This document shows, piece after piece, positions 24,861-36,425 of a DNA stretch of 64,000 nucleotides. Both the position numbers and the translations under genes were made by a program. The stretch covers positions 496,001 to 560,000 of the forward strand of contig JAPDFW010000060.1 in the NCBI GenBank assembly GCA_028826165.1, read 5' to 3'. The number at the start of each line of letters is the position of its first letter. The first letter of the stretch is position 1. This DNA is from Anaeramoeba ignava BMAN. Taxonomy: Eukaryota; Protista; Anaeramoebae. The notes beneath the pieces are model-generated. The model ran no database searches. It had not been told where the DNA came from and worked only from the letters and a program-made list of their open reading frames with translations.

Positions 24861-26957
24861 ATGGGAATAACACAATCAAAACAAACAGAACAAATTATTC
24901 AAAAAACACCTTATTCTTCCAAAAATAAAAGAATAGATGGTTATATTCCTGAACAATTTCCAAGAATTGTTGAAAAAGAAGGTCAAAAATTTTATTCTTG
25001 GAATTATCAACAAAATGGTGAAACAATTTATCGTTCAAATTTAGCTAAAGATGGTTTACTTTCGAAATGGAATGAATCAGTTTCAACTTTATATGAAAAT
25101 CTTGAAGTAACAACAAAATCAGCTCCTGATAATCAACTTTTTGGAACAAGAAAATACAATAAAACAACTAAAAAATATGAAGATTATGAATGGAAAACTT
25201 ATAAAGAATTTGGTGAAGAAAGAACTTATTTTGGAAGTGGATTAATTAATTATGGAATTAAAAAAGATGATAGAATTGGAATATTTGCAAAAAACAGATA
25301 TGAATGGGTTCTTACTGAACATTCTGCTTATGCTTATTCATTTTTATTAGTTCCTTTATATCATACTTTTGGAATTCCAAATATTCTTTATATTATTAAT
25401 CATTCAGAATGTAAAGTTGTTATTACTGAAATGAAATATGTTTCTAAATTAAAACAAATTTGTGAAGAATGTAAAACATTAAAATCAATAATTGTTCTTG
25501 ATGATCCTGAAGAAGATATTGATAAATTTTTAGAAGAAAATGAAGATATCAAATTTCTTAATTCACATAATATTAATATTTATAAATTCAATGAAATATT
25601 TGAATCAGGAAAACAAAAACAATATCCTCATCAACCAAATAAAGCTGATGATCTTTGTTCTTTAATTTACACAAGTGGAACAACTTCACAACCCAAAGGA
25701 GTACTTACAACTCACAAAAATCTAATTTCAACAATTGCAGGATTTTATTATATTGGATATGATTTTAGTGATAATGAATCTTATTATAGTTATCTTCCAT
25801 TAAGTCATGTTTATGAAAGAGCATTGGAAGGTACAATGATTTCAATAAGTGCACGTATTGGATTTTCTAGTGGAGACAATACAAAACTTGTTGAAGAAAT
25901 GCAACTTGTTAAACCAACAATATTTACAGGAGTTCCACGTATTTATTCCAAAGTTTATGATAAAGTTACACAAGGAATCAAAAAGAAAAGTATTTTCAGT
26001 CAATATCTTTTTCAAGTAGCATATGAAGCTAAAAAGAAAGCAATCGAAAATGGAGAATCATATGATTTGTGGGATAAATTAGTATTCAATAAAACAAAAC
26101 AACTTCTTGGAGGAAGAATTGAGTTACTGATTTCAGGAAGTGCAGCATTACTTCCTTTACATCAAGAATTTTTCAAAATACTTTTCACTCCTCATTTTGT
26201 TCAAGGATGGGGATTAACAGAAACAGCATCAGGAGGAACTGTCCAGAATCATGAAGATACTATTTGTAATGGAGTAGTTGGACCACCTTTATGTTCTTGT
26301 GAAATCAAACTTGAAAGTGTTCCTGAACTTAATTATAATGTTAATGATAAACCTAATCCAAGAGGAGAGCTTTTGGTTAGAGGACCAAATGTTCTTGAAG
26401 GATATTATAAAAATCCAGAAGCAACAAATGAAGTTATTATTGATGGATGGTTTCATACAGGAGATATTGGAGAAGCACTTCCAAATGGACATCTTAAAGT
26501 TATTGATCGTAAAAAGAATATTTTCAAATTATCACAAGGAGAATATGTTGCACCTGATGTTCTTGAAGGTCTTTATTCAAATTCTCAATATGTTATGCAG
26601 CTTATGGTTTATGGAAATTCACAAGAAGATTATTTAATTGGAATTGCTGTTCCTGAAAAAGAAATTATTTTAGATCATTTCAAAAATGAAAAACAAGAAA
26701 ATGAAAATTCAGAAGAATTTTTTCAAAGAATTTGCCAAGAAGAAAAAATCAAAGAATTAATTTTAAAAGATATGGAAAAAATTGGAAGAGGAGCTAATCG
26801 ATTTGGATTTGAAATTCTTAGAAATATTATAATTGAAACTGAACCATTTTCTGTTGAAAATGATTTACTTACAACAACAATGAAATTAAGAAGAAAAGCG
26901 ATTGAAAATCATTATAAAAAACAATTATTAGATTTATATTTAAATAAGTCTAATTAA
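24861..26957 (+). CDS. ACSL: Long-chain acyl-CoA synthetase, copy 1
   Basis: 698 aa. IYTSGTTSQPKG (AMP-binding), YLPLSHVYE, GWFHTGDIG, IDRKKNIFKLSQGEYVAP. Confidence 0.93.
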   Translation: MGITQSKQTEQIIQKTPYSSKNKRIDGYIPEQFPRIVEKEGQKFYSWNYQQNGETIYRSNLAKDGLLSKWNESVSTLYENLEVTTKSAPDNQLFGTRKYNKTTKKYEDYEWKTYKEFGEERTYFGSGLINYGIKKDDRIGIFAKNRYEWVLTEHSAYAYSFLLVPLYHTFGIPNILYIINHSECKVVITEMKYVSKLKQICEECKTLKSIIVLDDPEEDIDKFLEENEDIKFLNSHNINIYKFNEIFESGKQKQYPHQPNKADDLCSLIYTSGTTSQPKGVLTTHKNLISTIAGFYYIGYDFSDNESYYSYLPLSHVYERALEGTMISISARIGFSSGDNTKLVEEMQLVKPTIFTGVPRIYSKVYDKVTQGIKKKSIFSQYLFQVAYEAKKKAIENGESYDLWDKLVFNKTKQLLGGRIELLISGSAALLPLHQEFFKILFTPHFVQGWGLTETASGGTVQNHEDTICNGVVGPPLCSCEIKLESVPELNYNVNDKPNPRGELLVRGPNVLEGYYKNPEATNEVIIDGWFHTGDIGEALPNGHLKVIDRKKNIFKLSQGEYVAPDVLEGLYSNSQYVMQLMVYGNSQEDYLIGIAVPEKEIILDHFKNEKQENENSEEFFQRICQEEKIKELILKDMEKIGRGANRFGFEILRNIIIETEPFSVENDLLTTTMKLRRKAIENHYKKQLLDLYLNKSN

Positions 26958-27260
26958 TCAATTAATTTTAATTTCAATTTTAATTTCAATTTTAATTTCA
27001 ATTTCAATTTCAATTTCAATTTCAATTTCAATTTCAATTTCAATTTTAATTTCAATTTTAATTTTAATTTTAATTTCAATTTCAATTTTAATTTCAATTT
27101 CAATTTTAATTTTAATTTCAATTTTAATTTCAATTTTAATTTAATTTTAATTTTAATTTCAATTTTAATTTTAATTTCAATTTCGGAATTAAATTTCAAT
27201 TTCCAAAATTTCATTTTTCATTTTTCAATTTTTTATTTTTTTTTAAAATTAAAGTTTTAA

Positions 27261-29030
27261 ATGTCAAAAGGTTCAGCATTACAATTTCTTTCACAAAAAA
27301 AATGGCATGTTCAAACAACACAAAATCAATTAAAAGTATGGCTAGCAGAACAAAAAGAAAAACAACAACAACAAAGGGCATTAGATAGACAAAAAGAATT
27401 TGAAGAAGAAAGAGAATATTTAAAAAATTTGTTTGCTATTATTATTATTTTTTATCAAATAAATAAATCAAATTAAATAATTTTAAATAACTTATCAAAT
27501 TTAATAATAAAAAAATAATTTACAGGCAAATGATTGAGAGTTCAAATCCAGAAGATAAAATTGAAAAAATGAAACAACCACTTCGATTTATGTATGAACA
27601 ACCAAAACAATTAGAACAAAATGATAAAGAAAAACAAGGAGAGAATAAAAATGATTTAAAAAATGTTGATCATCGAACTCTTGATATTCGAGAAAAGTTT
27701 CCCTTTTTAAAAAATGCACCTACAAAAGGAAATTTACAAAGTGGAACAAATCTCAATTTTAAACCTTTGGGAATTCTTGTAAGAAATGTAAAATGTTTAA
27801 GGTAAATTTTCTAATTCTTTTTTTTTTTTAAAATAATTCTTTTTTTAATTAATTAATTAATTTAATTGATTAGATGTGGAAATTTTGGACATCAATCTGG
27901 AGATCGAGAATGTCCAATGTATAATATTAATCCTAATGGTAAATATTTAAAATTCAAATTAAAATTCATTTTAAAATTAAAAATTAAAATCAAAATTAAA
28001 ATTAAAATCAAATTAAAATTAAAAATCAATTTAAAATTAAAATCATTTTAAAATTAAAAATCATTTTAAAATTAAAAATTTGTTCATAAAATTAGATGAT
28101 TTCAGACAAAGAATTGAAGATCCATTATCAATTATGGAAACTCAAAATGCACTTGATGGACTTGAAATTGATTCAAGTTCAACAGGAAATAAATTTAAAT
28201 TAAAATTATCACAATATTTAGCATATAACTCACTTCAAGTTGATGAAAAAAAACAATTAGAAAGTGTAAATATAGAAGATGATACACTTGGCCAAAGTTT
28301 ATTAGCTGGTTTATCAAATCTTGAAAAAAAGGCTCTAATTCAAATGATTAAGCAAATGGAAAAAGAAAAAAAAGAAGAACAAAAAAAAATAAAGAATAAA
28401 CATAAACATAAACATAAACATAAACATAAACATAAACATAAACATAAACATAAACATAAACATAAACATAAAGATAAAGATAAACATAAACATAAAGAAA
28501 AAGATAAAGAAAAAGATAAAGAAAAAGATAAAGATAAAGATAAAGAAAAAGATAAAGATAAAGATAAAGATAAAGATAAAGAAAAAGATAAACATAAACA
28601 TAAAGAAAAAGAAAAAGATAAAGATAAAGATAAACATAAAGAAAAAGATAAAGATAAAGATAAAGAAAAAGATAAAGAAAAAGCTAGAAAGAAAAAGAAA
28701 AGAAAAGATATTTTGGAAGAAAATGAAATATCAGAAAATGACTTAAAAATAAATTCAAATTATGATTTAGATTTGAAGAAAAGAAAAAATGAAAAATATC
28801 ATTCAAATAATTCAAATCATTCACATAATTCAAATCATTCAAATCATTCAAATAATTTAAATCATTCAAATCATTTAAATCATACACATCATTCACATCA
28901 TTTAAATCATTCAAATCATTCAAATCATTCAAATCATTTAAATAATTTAAATCATTCAAATCATTCAAATCATTCAAATCATTCAAATCATTCAAATCAT
29001 TTAAATCATTTAAATCATTTAAATAATTAA
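27261..29030 (+). CDS. CIR1 N-terminal domain / RP9-like zinc-knuckle splicing-associated protein
   Basis: Exons 27261-27430, 27526-27801, 27874-27938, 28096-29030. FLSQKKWHVQTTQNQLKVWLAEQ (Cir_N); KPLGILVRNVKCLRCGNFGHQSGDRECP (CCHC knuckle); HK/DK and NHS low-complexity tail. Confidence 0.8.
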
Positions 29031-29581
29031 AATAATTCAAATCATTCAAATAATTCAAATCATTCAAATCATTCACATCATTCAAATAATTCAAATCATT
29101 TAAATCATTTAAATCATTCAAATCATTTAAATCATTTAAATAATTCAAATAATTCAAATAATTCAAATCATTCACATAATTTAAATCATTTAAATAATTC
29201 AAATCATTCAAATCATTCAAATAATTAAAATAATTCAAATCATTAAAATCATTTCATTTAAAATAATCAAAAATTCAAATAATTCAAAAATTTCATTTTA
29301 AAATTAAATAATTTTAAAATTTAAATAATTCAAATCATTTCTATTTTTATTTCATTTTTCTTTAAAAAATTCTTTTTTATTTTTCAACATTTTCAAAATT
29401 CTTTTTAAAAACAAAAAAACAAAATTTAAATCCAAATCAAATTAAATAAAACTTTTTTTTAAATAATATTTAAAGAAAGCAAAAAAAAAGCAAAAATTAA
29501 ATTTCATTTTTTTTTTCTCCTTTCAGTTTTTTTTTCTTTTCATAAACAAAACAAACTTAAAAAAAAAAGCAAACCAACAAA

Positions 29582-31679
29582 ATGGGAATAACACAATCAA
29601 AACAAACAGAACAAATTATTCAAAAAACACCTTATTCTTCCAAAAGAAAAAGAATAGATGGTTATATTCCTGAACAATTTCCAAGAATTGTTGAAAAAGA
29701 AGGTCAAAAATTTTATTCTTGGAATTACAAACAAAATGGTGAAACAATTTATCGTTCAAATTTAGCTAAAGATGGTTTAATTTCAAAATGGAATGAATCA
29801 GTTTCAACTTTATATGAAAATCTTGAAGTAACAACAAAATCAGTTCCTGATAATCAACTTTTTGGAACAAGAAAATACAACAAAACAACTAAAAAATATG
29901 AAGATTATGAATGGAAAACTTATAAAGAATTTGGTGAAGAAAGAACTTATTTTGGAAGTGGATTAATTAATTATGGAATTAAAAAAGATGATAGAATTGG
30001 AATATTTGCAAAAAACAGATATGAATGGGTTCTTACTGAACATTCTGCTTATGCTTATTCGTTTTTATTAGTTCCTTTATATCATACTTTTGGAATTCCA
30101 AATATTCTTTATATTATTAATCATTCAGAATGTAAAGTTGTTATTACTGAAATGAGGAATATTTCTAAATTAAAACAAATTTGTGAAGAATTTAAAACAT
30201 TAAAATCAATAATTGTTCTTGATGATCCTGAAGAAGATATTGATAAATTTTTAGAAGAAAATGAAGATATCAAATTTCTTAATTCACATAACATTAATAT
30301 TTATAAATTCAATGAAATATTTGAATCAGGAAAACAAAAACAATATCCTCATCAACCAAATAAACCTGATGATCTTTGTTCTTTAATTTACACAAGTGGA
30401 ACAACTTCACAACCTAAAGGAGTACTTGTAACTCACAAAAATCTAATTTCAACAGTAGCAGGATTTTATTATATTGGATATGATTTTTCTGATAATGAAT
30501 CTTATTATAGTTATCTTCCATTAAGTCATGTTTATGAAAGAGCATTGGAAAATACAATGATTGCAGTAAGTTCACGTATTGGATTTTCTAGTGGAGATGT
30601 TACAAAACTTGTTGAAGAGATGCAACTTGTTAAACCAACAGTATTTGCAGGAGTTCCACGTATTTATTCCAAAATTTATGATAAAGTTACACAAGGAATC
30701 AAAAAGAAAAGTATTTTCAGTCAATATCTTTTTCAAGTAGCATATGAAGCTAAAAAGAAAGCAATAGAAAATGGAGAATCATATGTATTATGGGATAAAT
30801 TAGTATTCAATAAAACAAAACAACTTCTTGGAGGGAAAATTCAGTTCATGCTCTCAGGAAGTGCAGCATTACTTCCTTTACATCAAGAATTTTTCAAAAT
30901 ACTTTTCACTCCTCATTTTGTTCAAGCATGGGCATTAACAGAAACAGCAGCAGGAGGAACACTTCAATATTATGAAGATACTATTTGTAATGGAGTAGTT
31001 GGACCACCTTTATCCCTCTTGTGAAATCAAACTTGAAAGTGTTTCTGAACTTAATTATAATGTTAATGATGAACCTAATCCAAGAGGAGAACTTTTGGTT
31101 AGAGGACCAAGTATTTTTAAAGGATATTATAAAAATCCAGAAGCAACAAATGAAGTAATTATTGATGGATGGTTTCATACAGGAGATATTGGAGAAGCAC
31201 TTCCAAATGGACATCTTAAAATTATTGATCGTAAAAAGAATATTTTCAAATTATCACAAGGAGAATATGTTGCACCTGATGTTCTTGAAGGTCTTTATTC
31301 AAATTCTCAATATGTTATGCAAGTTATGGTTTATGGAAATTCACAAGAAGATTATTTAATTGGAATTGCTGTTCCTGAAAAAGAAATTATTTTAGATTAT
31401 TTCAAAAATGAAAAACAAGAAAATGAAAATTCAGAAGAATTTTTTCAAAGAATTTGTCAAGAAGAAAAAATCAAAGAATTAATTTTAAAAGATATGGAAA
31501 AAATTGGAAGAGAAACTAATCGATTTGGATTTGAAATTATTAGAAATATTATAATTGAAACTGAACCATTTTCTATTGAAAATGAATTTATTACAACAAC
31601 AATGAAATTAAGAAGAAAAATTATTGAAAATCATTACAAAAAACAATTATTAGATTTATATTTAAATAAGTCTAATTAA
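29582..31679 (+). CDS. ACSL: Long-chain acyl-CoA synthetase, copy 2 (+1 frameshift at CCC 31014-31016; sequencing error or pseudogene)
   Basis: Near-identical to copy 1. ORFs 29582-31024 and 30999-31679 join if one C is removed (TTA TCC TCT TGT GAA vs copy 1 TTA TGT TCT TGT GAA). Confidence 0.85.
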
Positions 31680-32050
31680 TTAATCAATTTTAATTCCAAT
31701 TTTAATTTCAATTTTAATTTTAATTTTAATTTCAATTTCAATTTTAATTTCAATTTTAATTTTAATTTTAATTTCAATTTTAATTTTAATTTTAATTTTA
31801 ATTTTAATTTTAATTTTAATTTCAATTTTAATTTTAATTTTAATTTTAATTTTAATTTTAATTTTAATTTTAATTTTAATTTTAATTTTAATTTTAATTT
31901 TAATTTTAATTTTAATTTTAATTTTAATTTTAATTTTAATTTTAATTTTAATTTTAATTTCGGAATTAAATTTTAATTTCCAAAATTTCATTTTTCATTT
32001 TTCATTTTTCATTTTTCATTTTTCATTTTTTTTTAAAATTAAAGTTTTAA

Positions 32051-32190
32051 ATGTCAAAAGGTTCAGCATTACAATTTCTTTCACAAAAAAAATGATATTT
32101 TCAAACAACATAAAATCAATTAAAAGTATTGTTTATCAGAACAAAAAGAAAAACAAAAATAACAATCATTATATAGACAAAAAGAATTTA
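32051..32190 (+). pseudogene. Truncated duplicate of the first exon of the CIR1-like gene
   Basis: Identical start ATGTCAAAAGGTTCAGCATTACAATTTCTT..., then TGG>TGA and CAA>TAA stops and indels; similarity ends after about 140 nt. Confidence 0.88.
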
Positions 32191-32399
32191 ACAACTAATT
32201 TTAAAAAGCAATTTTAAAAAGACATTTTAAAAGCAATTTTAATTTTTTTAATTAATTTAATTTTAATTTCAATTTAATTTTCATTTTCAAAAGCAATTTT
32301 TTTCATTTTTCATTTTAAAATTTTAAAAAAATTTTAAAAATAAATTCAAAAGGTTTAAATCAATTTTTTTCACAAAAATTATTTCAAATTTTAAAATCA

Positions 32400-33570
32400 A
32401 AAAATCAATTTATTTTATTTCACAATTTAAAAACAAATCAATTTAATTTTAAATCAATTTAATTTTAAATCAATTTCAAATAATTTTTAAAAACTAATTT
32501 TAAAGCAATTTTAAAAAGACATTTTAAAAGCAATTTTAATTTCAAATTAATTTAATTTCAAATCAATTTCAAAGCAATTTTAAAAGCAATTTTAAAAGCA
32601 ATTTAAAAAGCAATTTTAATTTTAAATTAATTTAATTTTAAATCAATTTATTTTAAATCAATTCATTTCCAAATCAATTTAATTTTAAATCAATTTATTT
32701 CCAAATCAATTTAATTTTAAATCAATTTATTAATTTCCAAATCAATTTAATTCCCAAATCAATTTATTTCCAAATCAATTTAATTCCAAATCAATTTAAT
32801 TTCCAAATCAATTTAATTCCAAATCAATTTATTTTTAAATCAATTTATTTCCAAATCAATTTATTTTTAAATCAATTTATTTCCAAATCAATTTATTTTT
32901 AAATCAATTTATTTCCAAATCAATTTAATTTTAATTCTAATTTAATTTTAAATCAATTTATTTTTAAATCAATTTATTTTTAAATCAATTTATTTTTAAA
33001 TCAATTTATTTCCAAATCAATTTATTTCCAAATCAATTTATTTTTAAATCAATTTATTTCCAAATCAATTTAATTTTAAATCAATTTAATTTTTAAATCA
33101 ATTTAATTTTAAATCAATTTAATTTCCAAATTAATTTATTTCCAAATTAATTTATTTCCAAATCAATTTAATTCCAAATCAATTTATTTCCAAATCAATT
33201 TAATTTCCAAATTAATTTAATTTTCCAAATCAATTTAATTTTAAATCAATTTAATTTTAAATCAATTTAATTTTAAATCAATTTAATTTCAAATCAATTT
33301 ATTTCAAATCAATTTAATTTCCAAATTAATTTAATTTTAAATCAATTTAATTTTAAATCAATTTATTTTTAAATCAATTTAATTTTAAATCAATTTATTT
33401 TTAAATTAATTTAATTCTAAATCAATTTATTTCCAAATCAATTTAATTTTAAATCAATTTAATTTTAAATCAATTTATTTCCAAATCAATTTATTTCCAA
33501 ATCAATTTAATTTTAAATCAATTTAATTTTAATTCTAATTTTATTTTAATTCTAATTTAATTCTAATTCT
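32400..33570. repeat. About 16-nt minisatellite (AAATCAATTTAATTTT / AAATCAATTTATTTCC variants)
   Basis: Read directly; lies between ACSL copies 2 and 3. Confidence 0.88.
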
Positions 33571-34060
33571 AAAATTCCATTTTCCACTTATTCTATTCAA
33601 TTCTATTATAAGATAAATTCCAAACTGAAACAATAATATAAAATTATAAACTTAAAATTTGTTTTCTTTCAATTTTAAATTAAAATTCTTTTATCAAATT
33701 TAATTCCAAAAATTGAATCTTTGAAAAAAAAAAAGAAAATCCACATTTCCAAAACATTCTAAATTAAAATTTAAACAAAAAATGCCAAATTAAATTTAAA
33801 ATTTATCCTTTTATTCAGTTTTTCCAAGTATCAAAATTTTCTTTCTTTAATTTATTATTTAAATTTTTTATTTTATTCTTTTTTAGTTATGTTAATTCCC
33901 CGATCTTATTAACCAATTTAAATTCTTTTGTAAATAAATTAAAATTTTGCTTTTAAAAAAAACTCATAAAACTAAAAATTTTTGATCAAAAAAAAAAAAA
34001 TTAACTTAAGGAAAAAGAAACCAAAAAAAAATTTATTTTACAACTCTCAAAAAAATAAAA

Positions 34061-36211
34061 ATGAGTATAACTCAATCAAAAAAACAAATTGACAAAACAA
34101 ATGAAACTGAAAAAGTAAAACACACTGAAAAAACAAATGAAACAGAACAAACTCTCCAAACTTTACAAAAGAGCAAAAATAAAAGAATAGATGGTTATAT
34201 TCCTGAACAATTTCCAAGAATTGTTGAAAAAGAAGGTCAAAAATTTTATTCTTGGAATTACAAACAAAATGGTGAAACAATTTATCGTTCAAATTTAGCT
34301 AAAGATGGTTTAATTTCAAAATGGAATGAATCAGTTTCAACTTTATATGAAAATCTTGAAGTAACAACAAAATCAGTTCCTGATAATCAACTTTTTGGAA
34401 CAAGAAAATACAACAAAACAACTAAAAAATATGAAGATTATGAATGGAAAACTTATAAAGAATTTAGTGAAGAAAGAACTTATTTTGGAAGTGGATTAAT
34501 TAATTATGGAATTAAAAAAGATGATAGAATTGGAATATTTGCAAAAAACAGATATGAATGGGTTCTTACTGAACATTCTGCTTATGCTTATTCGTTTTTA
34601 TTAGTTCCTTTATATCATACTTTTGGAATTCCAAATATTCTTTATATTATTAATCATTCAGAATGTAAAGTTGTTATTACTGAAATGAAGAATATTTCTA
34701 AATTAAAACAAATTTGTGAAGAATTTAAAACATTAAAATCAATAATTGTTCTTGATGATCCTGAAGAAGATATTGATAAATTTTTAGAAGAAAATGAAGA
34801 TATCAAATTTCTTAATTCACATAACATTAATATTTATAAATTCAATGAAATATTTGAATCAGGAAAACAAAAACAATATCCTCATCAACCAAATAAAGCT
34901 GATGATCTTTGTTCTTTAATTTACACAAGTGGAACAACTTCACAACCCAAAGGAGTACTTATAACTCACAAAAATCTAATTTCAACAATTGCAGGATTTT
35001 ATTATATTGGATATGATTTTTCTGATAATGAATCTTATTATAGCTACCTTCCATTAAGTCATATTTATGAAAGGGTAATACTCAATTCAATGATTGCAGT
35101 AAGTTCACGTGCTGGATTTTCTAGTGGAGATATTACAAAACTTGTTGAAGAGATGCAACTTGTTAAACCAACAATATTTATAGGAGTTCCACGTATCTAT
35201 TCCAAAATTTATGATAAAGTTACACAAGGAATCAAAAAGAAAAGTATTTTCAGTCAATATCTTTTTCAAGTGGCATATGAAGCTAAAAAGAAAGCAATAG
35301 AAAATGGAGAATCATATGTATTATGGGATAAATTAGTATTCAATAAAACAAAACAACTTCTTGGAGGGAAAATTCAGTTCATGCTCTCAGGAAGTGCAGC
35401 ATTACTTCCTTTACATCAAGAATTTTTCAAAATACTTTTCACTCCTCATTTTCCACAAGTATGGGGATTAACAGAAACAGCAGGAGGAGGAACACTTCAA
35501 CATTATGAAGATACTATTTGTAATGGAGTAGTTGGACCACCTATAGCCTGCTGTGAAATCAAACTTGAAAGTGTTCCTGAACTTAATTATAATGTTAATG
35601 ATGAACCTAATCCAAGAGGAGAACTTTTGGTTAGAGGACCAAGTGTTTTTAAAGGATATTATAAAAATCCAGAAGCAACAAATGAAGTTATTATTGATGG
35701 ATGGTTTCATACAGGAGATATTGGAGAAGCACTTCCAAATGGACATCTTAAAGTTATTGATCGTAAAAAGGATATTTTCAAATTATCACAAGGAGAATAT
35801 GTTGCACCTTATGCTCTTGAAGGTCTTTATTCAAATTCTCAATATGTTATGCAAGTTATGGTTTATGGAAATTCACAAGAAGATTATTTAATTGGAATTG
35901 CTGTTCCTGAAAAAGAAATTATTTTAGATTATTTCAAAAATGAAAAACAAGAAAATGAAAATTCAGAAGAATTTTTTCAAAGAATTTGTCAAGAAGAAAA
36001 AATCAAAGAATTAATTTTAAAAGATATGGAAAAAATTGGAAGAGAAACTAATCGATTTGGATTTGAAATTATTAGAAATATTATTATTGAAACTGAACCA
36101 TTTTCTATTGAAAATGAATTTATTACAACAACAATGAAATTAAGAAGAAAAATTATTGAAAATCATTATAAAAAACAATTATTAGATTTATATTTAAATA
36201 AGTCTAATTAA
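34061..36211 (+). CDS. ACSL: Long-chain acyl-CoA synthetase, copy 3
   Basis: 716 aa, same motifs as copy 1, with an extended N-terminus containing a KTNETE duplication. Confidence 0.93.
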   Translation: MSITQSKKQIDKTNETEKVKHTEKTNETEQTLQTLQKSKNKRIDGYIPEQFPRIVEKEGQKFYSWNYKQNGETIYRSNLAKDGLISKWNESVSTLYENLEVTTKSVPDNQLFGTRKYNKTTKKYEDYEWKTYKEFSEERTYFGSGLINYGIKKDDRIGIFAKNRYEWVLTEHSAYAYSFLLVPLYHTFGIPNILYIINHSECKVVITEMKNISKLKQICEEFKTLKSIIVLDDPEEDIDKFLEENEDIKFLNSHNINIYKFNEIFESGKQKQYPHQPNKADDLCSLIYTSGTTSQPKGVLITHKNLISTIAGFYYIGYDFSDNESYYSYLPLSHIYERVILNSMIAVSSRAGFSSGDITKLVEEMQLVKPTIFIGVPRIYSKIYDKVTQGIKKKSIFSQYLFQVAYEAKKKAIENGESYVLWDKLVFNKTKQLLGGKIQFMLSGSAALLPLHQEFFKILFTPHFPQVWGLTETAGGGTLQHYEDTICNGVVGPPIACCEIKLESVPELNYNVNDEPNPRGELLVRGPSVFKGYYKNPEATNEVIIDGWFHTGDIGEALPNGHLKVIDRKKDIFKLSQGEYVAPYALEGLYSNSQYVMQVMVYGNSQEDYLIGIAVPEKEIILDYFKNEKQENENSEEFFQRICQEEKIKELILKDMEKIGRETNRFGFEIIRNIIIETEPFSIENEFITTTMKLRRKIIENHYKKQLLDLYLNKSN

Positions 36212-36425
36212 TTAATCAATTTTAATTCCAATTTTAATTTCAATTTTAATTTCAATCTCAATTCCAATTCCAATTTTAATTCCAATTTTAATTTTAATTT
36301 TAATTTTAATTTTAATTTTAATTTTAATTTTAATTTTAATTTCAATTTTAATTTTAATAAAAAAAAACAAAAAAATTGTTTTGGAAAAATTTATTGTTCA
36401 ATTCTAATGATTCTAAAAATTTGAT

